A stretch of 64,000 nucleotides of DNA, from assembly GCA_904063045.1 (NCBI GenBank), contig CAJFCJ010000002.1:62001-126000 (forward strand). The letters are read 5' to 3'. Shown piece after piece: positions 1 to 13,020 of the stretch. The notes under the pieces are model-generated. The model ran no database searches. It was given only the letters and a program-made list of their open reading frames with translations, and had not been told where the DNA came from. This stretch comes from Dimorphilus gyrociliatus (lineage: Eukaryota; Animalia; Annelida). Position numbers and translations under genes: made by a program. Within the stretch, counting starts at the first letter, position 1. Each line of letters opens with the position of its first letter.

Positions 1-525
1 AAATTTATCTTGTTCTATGTTGTTCATTAGCATAAATTTTATAACAAAAAAATGTCAAAAATTGATATTCGTTGTTCACATATGGCTATGTTGGCAAAAA
101 CGAGATAAGCGTATCCCACAGAGTTCCAATATTACAAACAGTTAAAAGAATAAAACAAATACTGTTTGTAAAATGGTCTGTGTTATCTTTGATGTAAGCA
201 GATTAGCAGTCCCTCGCTGATTTTAGATTGACTATATCATTGAAATTATGATGCTTGAACATATCCTCTTTGCTTAAATTTCACTTAAACATGTACCTAT
301 CTTTGGTTTAAAATGAATGTTTATGAAGATTTTCTCAAGTTTCGCTTATCTTCACTTTCTTGTATTAAGAGATGGTTTTAATCGGATAGTGTTAGTGTAG
401 AGTCTAGGCATTTAATTTAGACCTTTGGTACAAGAACAATGGTCAGGTTGGCTTACTTAAAGAAATAATTCGGGACGTATTGCATCTCTGAGACACAGTT
501 TACGATATATTCTCTAGGAGAAAGA

Positions 526-2493
526 ATGATTATTGACGACGCTCTCAAGATAGTTGGTGGATATCGAATTTATCATATCTCATTATTAATTATACTGACT
601 CTTTTGGCCTTTGATTTTTATTCAAGACAAATTTTACTATTTGTCTTCGTAGGTAATATTAAATATTCCATATTAACAAATAGCTTTCTTTCAATTTTAC
701 ATATAAATTACCGTTGTTTCAGGTTGGACGCCAGAATTTAAATGTAATTACAATACTAGCCAATATAACAGTTCAGAAGATTTGGATAGCTGTTTAAGAC
801 CTTCGATAAACAACACTGGAAATGGTGTTGAATGTGACAATGGATTTCAATATTTTTCGGAAGGATATACTTCTACTACAATCGAGGTACATAATATTTT
901 AGGAAAACAGAGTCAATCTTAACTATTAACATACTTTATCTCAGTGGAATTTAGTTTGTTCAAGAAAGATGCTCAAAGTAATTAGTCAAATGGCCTATTC
1001 ACTTGGTATACTTTTTTCGTCTTTAGTTGGAAACACTTTGACTGACAAATTTGGAAGACGGTTTATGTGTTGGATAAGTCATGTATTTGGAGTTTCTTTA
1101 GGAATTGCTATAAGCTTTTCTCCTAATTACGAAACTTTCGTCGTCTTAAGATTCTTTATAGCAGTGGCTGCTTCCGTAAGATTAACTTTGATAAGTTCCT
1201 TAGAAAATTTTTTATTAAAAATTAATCATATCCCCTAGAATATCATAAACTCCTCCACCACGTTATTAATAGAACTATTCGATTCCGAAAGAAGAGGGCT
1301 AGTTGGTACAATATATCAGTTTGGTTGGATAATAGGGATGGGCTTTCTTGGTATCACGGCTTACTTAATAAAGGATTGGAGAGAGTTAGCATTAGTAACA
1401 TCAATTAGCCCAGTCATCTGGATTATAGTTTTATGGAAACTACCTGAATCTCCAATATGGCTAGTAGCTAATAATAGAATTAAAGAGGCTCAAGAGTTTT
1501 TAAAGAAAGCGGCAAAGCTAAATAGAGTTAAAATTTTGGATGAAAACGTCTTTAAAATTGAAAGTAAAAGAATCTCTAAAATACCCGATTCGTCTTCAAT
1601 CAAATTAGAATTTGAAAATTTTAAAATAGAACTTGAAAATAATGGAATTGAAAATTCAGCAACTACAAAATATTCCATGATAGATCTCTTCAGAGATAAA
1701 TATTTACTCCGACACTTGGCCATTATGGCACTGCTATGGTTTACGAACAATACTGTATACTATAGTCTAATGTACAGTACACCCAGTTTGGATGGGAATA
1801 GATTTGTTAACTATACTTTCAGCACCTTTGTTGAAATTCCAGCATATTCTGTTGCTACTCTTGCTGTCGTAAAGTAAGAAAAATACTATCAATTCTCTAG
1901 CCTAATTATTTTATTTTATCTATTAAACATTACAGAATAGGGCGACGTATTCCAACCTTTATTATTGTCATGTTGACATCTGTTAGCCTATTATTCGTAT
2001 CCATCTTACCCTTAATTTTGTCTGAAGATCCATATTTAAGAAACAAGCTCGTTTTATTGTTCTCTCTTTTGGGAAAGTTTGGCAGCAGTGCATCGTTTTC
2101 AACGGTAGTGATCTATACCAATGAACTCTTTCCAACTAACCTAAGGTTATTATCAACTTTATTGATAAAATGTAAATGTTTCACTAGCTATCTTTTCTGC
2201 TAAAATAATTTCTAGGTCAACTGCACAAGGTGTTGCAAACACAGTCGGTCAAATAGGAGGAATGATTGCTCCCATATGTGCTGAATTTGTAAGTGTTTTA
2301 TATTTTTAACTATTAACTTTACATTAAATCTCTTCGGTTTTAGATTGCCGATAAAGAATTAAATCTTATTCCTCTACTCTTCTTCACGGTTTTAGCTTTT
2401 GTGGCTGCAATTTTTACATTATTATTACCGGAAACAAGGAACAAACCTCTACCTCAAACAACAAAGGATATTCGATTCTGGTATAAAAAGTAA
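526..2493 (+). CDS. SLC22-family organic cation/carnitine transporter (MFS), 7 exons, 529 aa
   Basis: Exons 526-652, 723-886, 945-1175, 1239-1873, 1936-2145, 2216-2288, 2344-2493 join in frame with GT-AG introns. SLC22 motifs: WNLVCSR, DKFGRR, LPESPIWL, IGRR, GKFGSSASFSTVVIYTNELFPTNLRSTAQG, LPETRNKPLP. Confidence 0.93.
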
Positions 2494-2644
2494 AATTTTT
2501 ATTAGTGTTATACTGAATTTCACGCACCAAATTGACCTAATTTAAGCAAGATATTTACTATATATAGAATAGAGTTTAGTTGTTTTTTCATATTTTTTAC
2601 ACTACTATTAATATTTGTTGAATTTTTAAAATATTTAGTTTTTG

Positions 2645-2660
2645 TGCGCCATCTGGCGTA
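2645..2660 (-). promoter_or_regulatory. CTCF-like motif TACGCCAGATGGCGCA just 3' of the SLC22 gene
   Basis: Contains CCAGATGGCGC. Motif match only. Confidence 0.45.
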
Positions 2661-4267
2661 TTTCTCTTAAAGGCTTTAAGATTAAAAGTTCTAATAAACA
2701 CGTCACTAAATACTAAATAAATAGTAATTCACAATAAGTTAAAAATGACAAACAATATAAATTCAAACAAAAGCAACAAGTATCTAATTCTTTCATTTTG
2801 TTTCTTATTTTCTTTTAAATAAATCTAATTATATATCCTCTTTTTGCTTATATTATAAAAAAGGTTGTTCTTAATACGATATATAGAATATAATTCAATT
2901 TATATTAACAATTAATTAGAAAAGCTACTTCGCTGTTGTCTTTTTCTTATTATTGACATACAATTATTTATTAATTAGATAATTAATTCTCGTAAATATG
3001 CTTTGTTTATAATTTTCTTTAAATAACTATATTACTTTTATGAAATAAAACGAAAAAATTGCTGTTAAAAGAAAGGAAACTGGAAAAAAAACTGGAAAAA
3101 ACAATTTCTATACGTTAAATCGAGATGTCTCCTATTTTTACGTCATTCATTACATTATATTTGATGTAATGATTATCAAGTTTAGTTAAACAAGGAATAC
3201 TATAATTATTCCTTTTATACTAATTACTTAGCTAAATAGTTGATCTCTTCTAGAAAGGGAAAGAAAACGTATTGGAAAATAGTTAATTTGTTGATAAATT
3301 CTGTAAATCAAAAAGGGGCATTCTTCCCTCAGGCATCGTTTAAAGAAGAATCAAGCAACCTTTTCGAGATACTAGGCTTACTCAGAGTGAATTATTACAA
3401 AATTTTCCTGCTTTAATTCACATGTTAGAGATGTTAGCTCCCCTTTTCATTCGATCTTATGAAAGTCATGCTAGCTTAACTTGTTTGAAAATATCGTTCT
3501 TCTAGCAAAGTAAAGTTTCTTCGATATCTTTCTACATGTAAAATGAACATGTTTATAGGTACAAAGAGCATATACTTCGTATTAAAATATTGCCGGTAGG
3601 AAAGAATAAAGTGGCGCCTATATTATCCCGAAAGCGTTATATATTGATTTGGTTGAAGACATTTGGGAGTTTCGGACGTTTAGCGTCGAGGAACGTTACG
3701 TCAAAACATTTGGGAAAAGCCTTCGGGAAAAAAACCGGATAGCAACTTGGACAATTTTTACTTCTTTTAGATTTATGGCTGTTTGACTGTTCCTTTTATT
3801 TTGCATATATTCTTTCTAAATTTGAGATAATTAACTTGGGTATTATTTTGACGTAGTAAGTTCCTAATATATTCTATAATTGTTCAACGGTAGTTCGAGA
3901 TGCTATGGTATACTATGACTCATTCGCTGACTTGTAACAGTAGCACTGTGGTTTGATGTCTTTAGATTGGAATTGAATCGGAAAATCTTCGATTAGGGTC
4001 CTGCAATGAAATTAGATATTCGCAGGCTGTGTGAACGTTTATGGAATGTCTAGGAACGGAAATTATTCTTTCCGGCTTTTGATCTACTTATTAGAAACAG
4101 GGAAGCTCAAGTCATCTCTAACTACGCTGATTGTGACTAATGTACAATTGTCATTCCTGTTATATGCAGCAAGTTAACTTTGCTGAAGGCTACTAAATCA
4201 CCCAAGAATTACCCAAAAGCCGTGATCGCCATCTACCGTCCTTATTCCGGGTCATTAAATTCGGGTG

Positions 4268-4281
4268 CCTCCAGGTGGCGG
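4268..4281 (+). promoter_or_regulatory. CTCF-like motif CCTCCAGGTGGCGG
   Basis: Match to CCNCCAGGTGGCG; paired with an opposite-strand AGATGGCG at 4227-4234. Confidence 0.45.
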
Positions 4282-7089
4282 TTGGTCCTTAATGTAATAT
4301 AGCGCAACCGTTTGAACGCCGTAAAAAATCACTTAGCAAACCCGAAAGGCGCCTGAAGCCAAATTTTTAATCAAACCCACGCACTAAATTGCTCGTTAAA
4401 AACATAATAGAAGATTTCTGTCATTCCATAATGAAGGCACTCAACCGCATGATGTAAATAGAAATAAAATTTGCCACTTCGCTCGCCTCACTTATTATTC
4501 CATTAATTTCTGCACGAAACGTCGCCGCGTCTTTTTTAAACGCCATTTAATATATGTTAACCATTTATAATTGGTCCTTTAATAAAACCTTATTAAGTTG
4601 AGAAAAAGGTCGGCAAATGCGCCATGCCAATTATAGAACTAATCAATTATTATTAGGGTTAATAAATAGTATATTTTATAAACTTGATAATGGAGATTTT
4701 CTTACAGAATATAAAACTAAACGAATCTACCCTTTTAACTAATACTATTATTATCAAAGATACAGCAAATCTATACGATCTATACTGCAAAATGTACTTT
4801 GTCTGAATACCCATATAGTTAGATGTACTTTAGCAAATAGTTACGTAATTGTATATCTTTAGTGATATATCTATAACTATATATTTTACTATATTGTTTA
4901 TATAGTATATATTTCATTCAATTCACGTTTTTTCTCCCACTTGGCTTAATATTTGCATATTTCAAACAAGAAATGTTTCGTTAGATTTCTTACATGAGAC
5001 TTTTGAATACTTTTGATCAGGTGAAGAGCAAATATACGGATATTCAAATATAGAAAGCACTCGTCTTAAACGGCGAAAGTCGACGTAGTCTAGCACGCGA
5101 GGGAACCAACGGCGTTTCCCGCAGCGTCGCGGTTTTTGATGTAATATAGAAGTTGTCGCGTGACGTAATCACTACAACTGTTCGTCCATTAATTCCGCCA
5201 ATAGGCCCGACAAAGACCTCGAGTGACGAATTAAAAGTTCAGAGAAGCCCTAGACGCCCCAAGCCCGACGCCCTTTTTCCTCAAAAAAGAGGAGAAAGAC
5301 CGTTCTTCTACCCGGTAGCCTTGCGCATTTACAAAGTTTTTACGGTCTTGGATTGCGCATTCCGACGGATGAAATTGCAAACTTAGGCTTGATATTTAAT
5401 ATAGGCGTATTTCGAAACTAGTAATTATTTTTCTTGGTGACCAACCTATAGACAGGAGAGGGGGTGGGATGATAGGGGCGTATTTTTTTCAGGATTTTAA
5501 AATTAGGTCATATACATGTATGCGCTTACGCATGCACTATGACCTAATTAAGGCCGTTGATTAAACGGAATTTATAACCCGACCGGCCGACCGGAAACCC
5601 TTAACCCCGCCGGATCCGCCTTCGACTAGATTGTCTCGTTGTATAGGGACAGCTGCGCGGCGCCCGAAGACAAGTTCATTCTTTGTGAGAATCTCGAACG
5701 ACGGAGCGCGAACTAATTGTCCTAATAGAACGATGCTGAAAGATCGGGAATCTCGCGAGAAATTTTCGGTTTTTGGCCTATGGCTGTCAATTATGGCGCT
5801 CAATTTGGCGCAATTAGAGTGAGGGAAGGTTGGATGAGAAGAAAGGAGAATTTTTATCTCTCTATCTCTCTTTCATTCATTTATTCCTTTATTATTATAG
5901 TTAATATAAATGGAATTAGTTTTGCTACTTGGCGACATTTAGCGCGTTCGCTGCCTATATAGCGCTTTCCTATCTTACGCAATCGTTCACGTTCGCGTGA
6001 CGTAATGTTGGCGGCGATTATGCTCTTTGATTGAGGCGGCGAATGAACGGGTTTTTACACCAACTAACGAATTGTCGAATTTCCTCTGTTTCGTCCCATC
6101 GGAGAGTGAACAATAGGAATTTAACGTCTTTCATGTTCTTATCTTGATGGAATCGCATTGGACGTCAATCAAAAACATATGCATAGATGCTAAATATAAC
6201 CAAAATGGCACAAATTTATTTATAACTCACTTAATCGTTATATATATAAAAAAAAGAAAAACAAGAAAAAATTCTAATTAAAGAGAATTGGCAGTATAAT
6301 AAAAAAAAAGTAGATTTCATTAATTTTTTAACGTTTTTATAAAACGTTAGAACTTAGAAATCAAATTATAAAATATCAATGCCAATCATTAGCTTTGAGT
6401 TCATGACGTAAAACATCAAACGGGCTAAATGGCGCCCTTTTCATTATCGCTATTCAACTATCTTGTTTACACTGTGTTTTTTATACTATTCTGTTACCTG
6501 TTGTTAACTGATTTTAGCATGATGAACTGAGTTGGCTCGGTGGGAGCCTATTTTATTTAGTATTTATAATAGCACATAATCTGAGTTGTCTTATATATAT
6601 ATATAGTATCGTAATATACAAACTATATATATATATATAGATATATTACAATTAAGTAAATAATAAACAAATAATAGACGTTTGTAAATACAGAAAGTAT
6701 TAGATATACTAAATACACTAACCGAAAATTACGATACGTAGGCATAATGACCGAAATATTCAGTCCTATATATTTGATAAAGTTTCATTAATAACCGTAT
6801 AAAGTCTGTTTTTAACTTCCTTCATATTATGATATACGAATAGCGGAAAGTAAGTAGAAATATTTAAAATAAAAGGATAGAGAAAATTAGCTTAGACGAA
6901 AAAAAAAGATAGAAAAGATAGAGGGAGAGAGCGGTGACGGGGTTAAGAGAGGAGACGGGTGGAAAAAGAAAGCAAAGTGGGTAGGAGAAAAAAGCAAAGA
7001 TGTAGGAGAAAAAGACAAGGGAAAGAGAGAGGTAGTTGATGAGTAATAAGACTGTACATACATATCGAACATGAAATTATGTATACGAG

Positions 7090-7100
7090 TATATACATAT

Positions 7101-7131
<31 letters not shown>

Positions 7132-7212
7132 TAGTATATATATACAGTATATATATATCTATACACATGTATATATGCATATACAGTATATATGAATATA
7201 TAAATGAATATA
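7090..7212. repeat. (TA)n-rich microsatellite in the rx 3' region
   Basis: Visible TA dinucleotide runs. Confidence 0.9.
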
Positions 7213-7251
7213 CGCGCACACTAGTTATAGATTTATTAGGAAAGAAGGTGT

Positions 7252-10200
7252 TCAATGGCCAACAATCGACTGTAAACTATCAGAATGCTCTTTGGCCTTC
7301 ATTCGTAGGGCAGCTACACTTGAATTGCAGTCGGTATTTGAAACTGGAATCGAATAGACACTAGTGGGTGCCGTCATGAAGGATTGATGAGAGAAATGTG
7401 ATCCCATAATAGGTGCCGCTATCCATGGATCCAGTGGTAGACTACTACTTAATCCAGACGTGCTGGGACGAGACTGCAAAGTAGCCATGGGATAGTTTTC
7501 GTTCAATTTTATATTGGCCGTCTCCAATTTCTCCTGCCGCCGCCATTTGGCGCGCCGGTTTTGGAACCACACCTGTTTTAGCGAAAAATTCCGATTAATC
7601 GGCATTAAATTACATTTTTCCTGATAGGTTAGAAGAAAAGAAATTAAAAAGCGGGGAATGGCAAAAATCTCAAGTGAAATATTCAAATCTTTTTCTTAAC
7701 AAAAAATGGTGTCAATTGCAAAAAAGAACCCAATTTAACAAGACCCCAGGGTGTTCATTTTTACAGGGCGTAGTTGGACCTATAATGAAATTACCGGGCT
7801 CTCCCTTTCTTCTCAACCTCTCCTCCTGAACTCTAAGCCTATAGCAAGAGAGTAGGAGAAAAATAATAACATAGCGAACAGTGAGTAGGAGGGGAGTGGG
7901 GAGAGTCGTTCGTTTATAAGGCAAGCGAAGAGATGCCGCAACGTTCGACGTCTAGTTTCGCTACTCTATAGCGTACATTAATAAGAAAATGGACTCTTGG
8001 CAAATCTTATTTCGCCCTGTTTATTTGCGCGCCTTTCAAGTTGGTCACCTACTCGGAAAATCACGCACGCTAAGCTTGTGTGGAAGCAGAAAATGCGTTT
8101 TCCAACGATTTTCGGTTGCGGCGTTCGGTGCTTTGAGCGCTGGCCTAAAATAAACTAGGAGCGTCCCTCTTCTTTTGCTTTCGAACGCCTCCTTCATGAA
8201 CAAATTTTATTACGTTCTGCATGTGATGTGATGTAATTTGGACTCCTCGCGCTATATGACGCATGCGGCATTAATACCATATATTAGGCTTAATTCCAAA
8301 GACGCTGAAAGTCACGAACTAAATATTTCGAGCGTTCAGTACAAAGACAAAAAGGAAGAGACACTTCATTGAGAATTACGCGTCACTTTTATAAGGAGCC
8401 CACTTTCATTGGTTTTCTTATTAACAAATTAATAATATTAATAAACATAATTCGATAATTCCCCTCTTCACTTGACGTGACGTCCAAGTGACGCCTAGTA
8501 AAAAATTTTGGCTCAAAAAAATCTTATAAAAAAGAACATTACTTGAACCCGAACTTCAGGCAGATTAATCTTAAGCGCCAATTCTTCGCGGCTATAGACG
8601 TCGGGATAATGCGATTTTTCGAAAGCTCTTTCAAGCTCGTGCAGCTGATAAGTCGTAAACGTTGTTCGATTCCGTCGATGTTTCTTTTTATCCGAGTGAT
8701 CATCATTTAATGCATCATCAGCCATTTTATCACTGTGCATTTCGTTTCCTAATTGTAAACAAAAAACAATACACGTTAATTAATTAATTAATTAATTAAA
8801 CATTATCTTAGAATATCTTAATTATAGGAGAGAAAACAATACTGTATGAGAAAGGATTAATTCTGAGTGTATATGAGTTATAATTCCGCCATTAGATGGC
8901 GCAAATGAATTTGGTAAGTCTGTAATGGGTGAAAATTGAATCTGTGATATGTATAAAAGGAGGCATATGTAGACGTCCGATTTCTCATGGGACAATTAGA
9001 AAAATTATGTCGACGCCGACCGACTTAACGACATCCGACGTTTGGCACTAATTGATAGCGACCTTGGAACGCTTCGTCGGCTTGTCTATCTATATCTTCT
9101 TTTATATCTGATTGACGGACATCTAGGCAGAACTTGACCACCTCTATTTATGTTTCATAAAAAGTTAAAAAGTTAGACCCCCTTAAGCCTACGACGTAGG
9201 ACACATTAACCGCGTCGCTGAATCGGAATAGGCGTCGCATGATGTGACATAGTTAATTGGACGATTAAAGGCGTCGTACGACGAAAGCCTAATAAATTTA
9301 TAGGCCTAAGTTTGTAATAATTTGACAGTTTTAATTGGTTTATTGCTATCAAACGTATATCAAAAGATGAATAGCGGGAAATATAATAGTTTGCATGCAC
9401 TCTGTGAGAAGCATTGAACAGTAAGAATAAGGTTATTATAGCCTCTATTAAAAAGAGAAAGTACCCTTTGGGTATCCTAAAAAGGAAAGAGTTGTGCTGA
9501 GGCAAAACAAAGGAAAAGAGAGACGAAAAAACAGTTATCTTCTCATGTGTAAGTATACTCTGTATCTTTGAATAAGAGTAGGAGGGCGGTTAGTAGGGGG
9601 GAGGCACATGGCAGGGGGGAGGAAGTAAAGTAGGGTTTAATTTCTCAATAGGGGAATTAGTGAGCGTCAACTATCCCGCAAAGTTTACTTTTCTTCAATT
9701 CCTATGATAGGGAATAGCTGATTTGGGAATAAGAGAAAGACATTCCAAGTATATTCTATTCAATTATATTATTTGGTAAAATTTATTAATTATTTAGATT
9801 TTTTCAAACGGTTGTCGGCAAAAAGAAACTAATATTTAATCGACGGCGTCATACTGACAGCGAAATTTCCGAAATCAAAAGAAACGCCGACATTTCTCTC
9901 TCTCTTTATTTTACTTAATGGACTCGTATACACAAAATCCCTACAAATCGAATTTGCGCTTATGCCCGTCTTTTGTGAGCAGTAATTCGTTGACAATATA
10001 TCGAATTTGTTCGATCGTCGTTATTGGATTGATTGAATTCGATCGAATCGTTTAAAGATTTCCTTTTCGAATCCTAAATACAGCCTTATTTTGGTATAAA
10101 ACTCAAAGAAAGGAGTAAATATTAGATTATTGGGCATATAATTTCTTTCTCTTCACCGATCTAGTAATCAGTCTTGTACAAATAGCAGGAAGGGAAAATT

Positions 10201-13020
10201 TCTAGAGGGAAGAAATTTGCCGTAATTAGTACGTCATTAACTGAACATCAACTAATCAATATTGTCAATTAATGCACACTCTTTCTCCAAGCCTTTGATT
10301 ACAGGCGTCCGACACAATTACTTTAATCATCGTCTTTAGACGACCTTCTATTGTAAACTCCATTATTTTAGCCTCAGGCTAATGTAATTGAGTTAAAGTA
10401 GGACAATTTTTGTTTTAAATATAAAATCAAGGACGGGTGAAGGGAAAGTATCCCATTGCCGCAATCTTCTTAAGTTGGCAATCTCGGATAAAGAAGAAGA
10501 CAGTTTAACTAATTAATCTGCCATTCGTGAAAAGCATTGAGTACTTATTAAAACCAACTACTTCCCTACGCCCCTTCCCGTTTCAATATTTCTTCCTCAA
10601 TACCATAGAGACTTTATAATTCTTTAAATAGTTATGTTTTAAAAGAAATTCGACTTCTTCCTAGTTCTCTTATTTGTAAAAGGAAACCTAGCATGAAATT
10701 GTATTTGAGTAAAACATTCCCCCAAATTTTCTTCATTATATAATCTACTAACGCATTATTTTGAATTGCGCTTAAAGTCACGCCATTTTATGGCCAAAGT
10801 TGATATATAAAAAAAGAGTATAGAATAGCTTTGCTTTCTTACTCCACCCTCTTTTTGTTACTTTCTCTTTCATTTCTCATTGGGCAAACTTATACGAATT
10901 AAACCCGCCGTAAAATTAGATTCGCTCCATTTCGCATGGTCAATTAACACTTTACTAATTACTTCGTACGCCCCAATTACAACCGGCGCCAAACCGGGTT
11001 CGAAACACCGCCTCAAGGCGTCTAAGAGAAGCGTCTATTGAAAAGAATGGCGTAAAGATCGAAACGCTAATTGAGCGAGTCTAAGCAGGGGGTACGGAAA
11101 GAAGAAAAAAATATAAATTGCCCTGGGTTTCAAATTTCGTAAACCGGGTAAAATTTTTCTAAAATAGCAACTTCCTGTACGATAGACCCATAGGCCCAGA
11201 CGATCAGACGCCGAGGCTTATTTACTGTAATTAAAGAAGGCGGCGCGTGTGTAGAAGGTCGAAGGAATTGAAAATTTAGTAGGTTGAACGAAAATAGAAT
11301 ACTTTCGAGTGCATTAAAATATCACAAACAATTTACGATTTACGTCACTGATATTTCAGATGAAAGGAGCGCTTTTTTAAACCATATTTTAAGTCTATAC
11401 ATTGTCAAAGGCTTTGCTATTCCCTATACTGTAAACATATCTCTCTCTTATAAAGTTACAATTATGTAGTAAATACTGTAAATACTCAAAAATACAAATA
11501 TATATATATAACTTTCATTATTTACCGAAATCCTCTTTCCTCTATAAACTTTAATAGAATTTAATAATAGAAAAAGGATTATTCCTTTCTTTCATAATAT
11601 AATTAGAGAAATTAAAATTTTTTCAACCTTCTTATAACTACTTTATTGTATTGAATAAGTGGTTGAAAACATTTTTAACGGACGATTGTTGAGAATTCAT
11701 GTCGATTTTGATCTTTCACTTCGAATTATTTGCCAAACGAACCGTAAATTATAAAGTGACTGCTTGTATATAAAGAAAACATAACAGATGCTACTATAAG
11801 ACCTTGTAAAGTTTTTTCTCTCTCTCTCCTTACCTTCCATAAATGTATAGTATACAGTTACCTTGTGTACTTTTACCGAGCATAATATACTATAACTAAA
11901 CTAATTTACGAGTAACTAGTTCAATTTATCTACTTACCAGTCATTGTATGAATTATTTTAATGAATATCTTCTCATTAACAGATTAGGAAAAAACTATAA
12001 TTCAACTATTTTTTTTTCGTTGCTACCAAATGTCTTCTCTTAACCGAGTCTGACCAAAGAATGATATGAGCATCTGTGGTACCACTCTAAAGGAGGCACC
12101 ATAATGCTTTATTTTATACTCTAAAGATTCTTCCATAATTTCTGTTTCATGCCTACTTGGATTTATATATTCTCCATAGAGATTATTCATAATTATCTCA
12201 ACTCTTAATTAATTAATTTTTTGATAAGTTTCCTTTGTATTTCGAATTTTTCATTATAATACACAGGCTTTTTTGTGTTTCATAGTACTTAAAAAGAATT
12301 ACCGCTTTTTTCTTAGTCATTTAAACGCCTAAAAGCGTTCGGCCTCTCGACGCCAATTCGGGAATTTGACGAAAAAGAAACGCTCGACGAGTCGGGCGAT
12401 TACGGCAATTTACACAAGAACTCTTTCATCAAGGCGCGCGCCATTCATAATTGCCCGATTGAATTATGAGGCAAAATTGGCGCGTAACGAAGCGACTGAT
12501 AGGAAATTGAGTGGCGCAGCCTTCTAAAGGCGCCATATTGTCGATGCGTCTAAAGGAATTCGCTGTCGTCTATGCGTTCATCGGATGTCGGCCGTCGGTC
12601 GATTTCCGTCATTCCTTTTTTGTATTGCGTAAAACACACGCTCGGTTTTTTGTACAGAGGTTTTAGGTAAATAATAGATTTCATAGCTGGCGTTAATCCG
12701 ATTACAACTAAATCGAATGCCAGACGGATTTGTTTGTTTACGTAACGCTTCTATAAAGAACTAGCGAAGTATGTACCGCAGTATAGAATTTAAGTCTGTA
12801 CAAAGTTGCAGATTATTCTTTCGCACGCATGCTACTATTGTCTTGGAATTGTGGGAACCGAACAAACGGTTATCTCTCATCAAAAGCTCCTAATTAGTTT
12901 GACGGGAAATGACTCACCTTTCTCTCTATTCAGCCTCTCCTGTTCTCTCAATCCGAGAATATTGTCGATTGAATGGGAAGAAGATGGATTTGGAAGAGAC
13001 ATATGCTGCCTCGAATACAT
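7252..13020 (-). CDS. rx: Retinal homeobox protein Rx/Rax (paired-like homeodomain), 3 exons, 209 aa
   Basis: Exons 13020-12918, 8748-8543, 7572-7252 are in frame (103+206+321 nt). Exon 1 [23 protein letters not shown] carries the octapeptide. Homeodomain [64 protein letters not shown] is the Rx signature. Also LPLDPW motif and C-terminal OAR domain [13 protein letters not shown]. Confidence 0.96.
8777..8799. repeat. (TAAT)5 tandem repeat near the rx intron 1 acceptor
   Basis: taattaattaattaattaattaa. Confidence 0.9.
12694..12704. promoter_or_regulatory. P3K palindromic paired-class homeodomain dimer site TAATCCGATTA in rx intron 1
   Basis: Exact TAAT-CCG-ATTA, about 215 nt into rx intron 1. 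Matches the K50 (Otx/Gsc-type) dimer consensus. Function untested. Confidence 0.45.

Noticed and set aside
3560-3596. Mini-exon reading TKSIYFVLKYC, resembling kinase subdomain V
   Set aside because: No other kinase motifs or phase-compatible exons were found in 3250-4350.
5153-5962. ORF-track ORFs of 60-80 aa downstream of rx
   Set aside because: Non-ATG starts or no recognisable domain, and overlapping in several frames; better explained as GC-rich regulatory DNA.
9206-9505. 99-aa minus-strand ORF in rx intron 1
   Set aside because: TTG start, intron-like AT-rich composition, no domain and no splice signals.
10997-11006. Pol III B-box-like GGTTCGAAAC (possible tRNA/SINE)
   Set aside because: No A-box at a suitable spacing and no cloverleaf stems.
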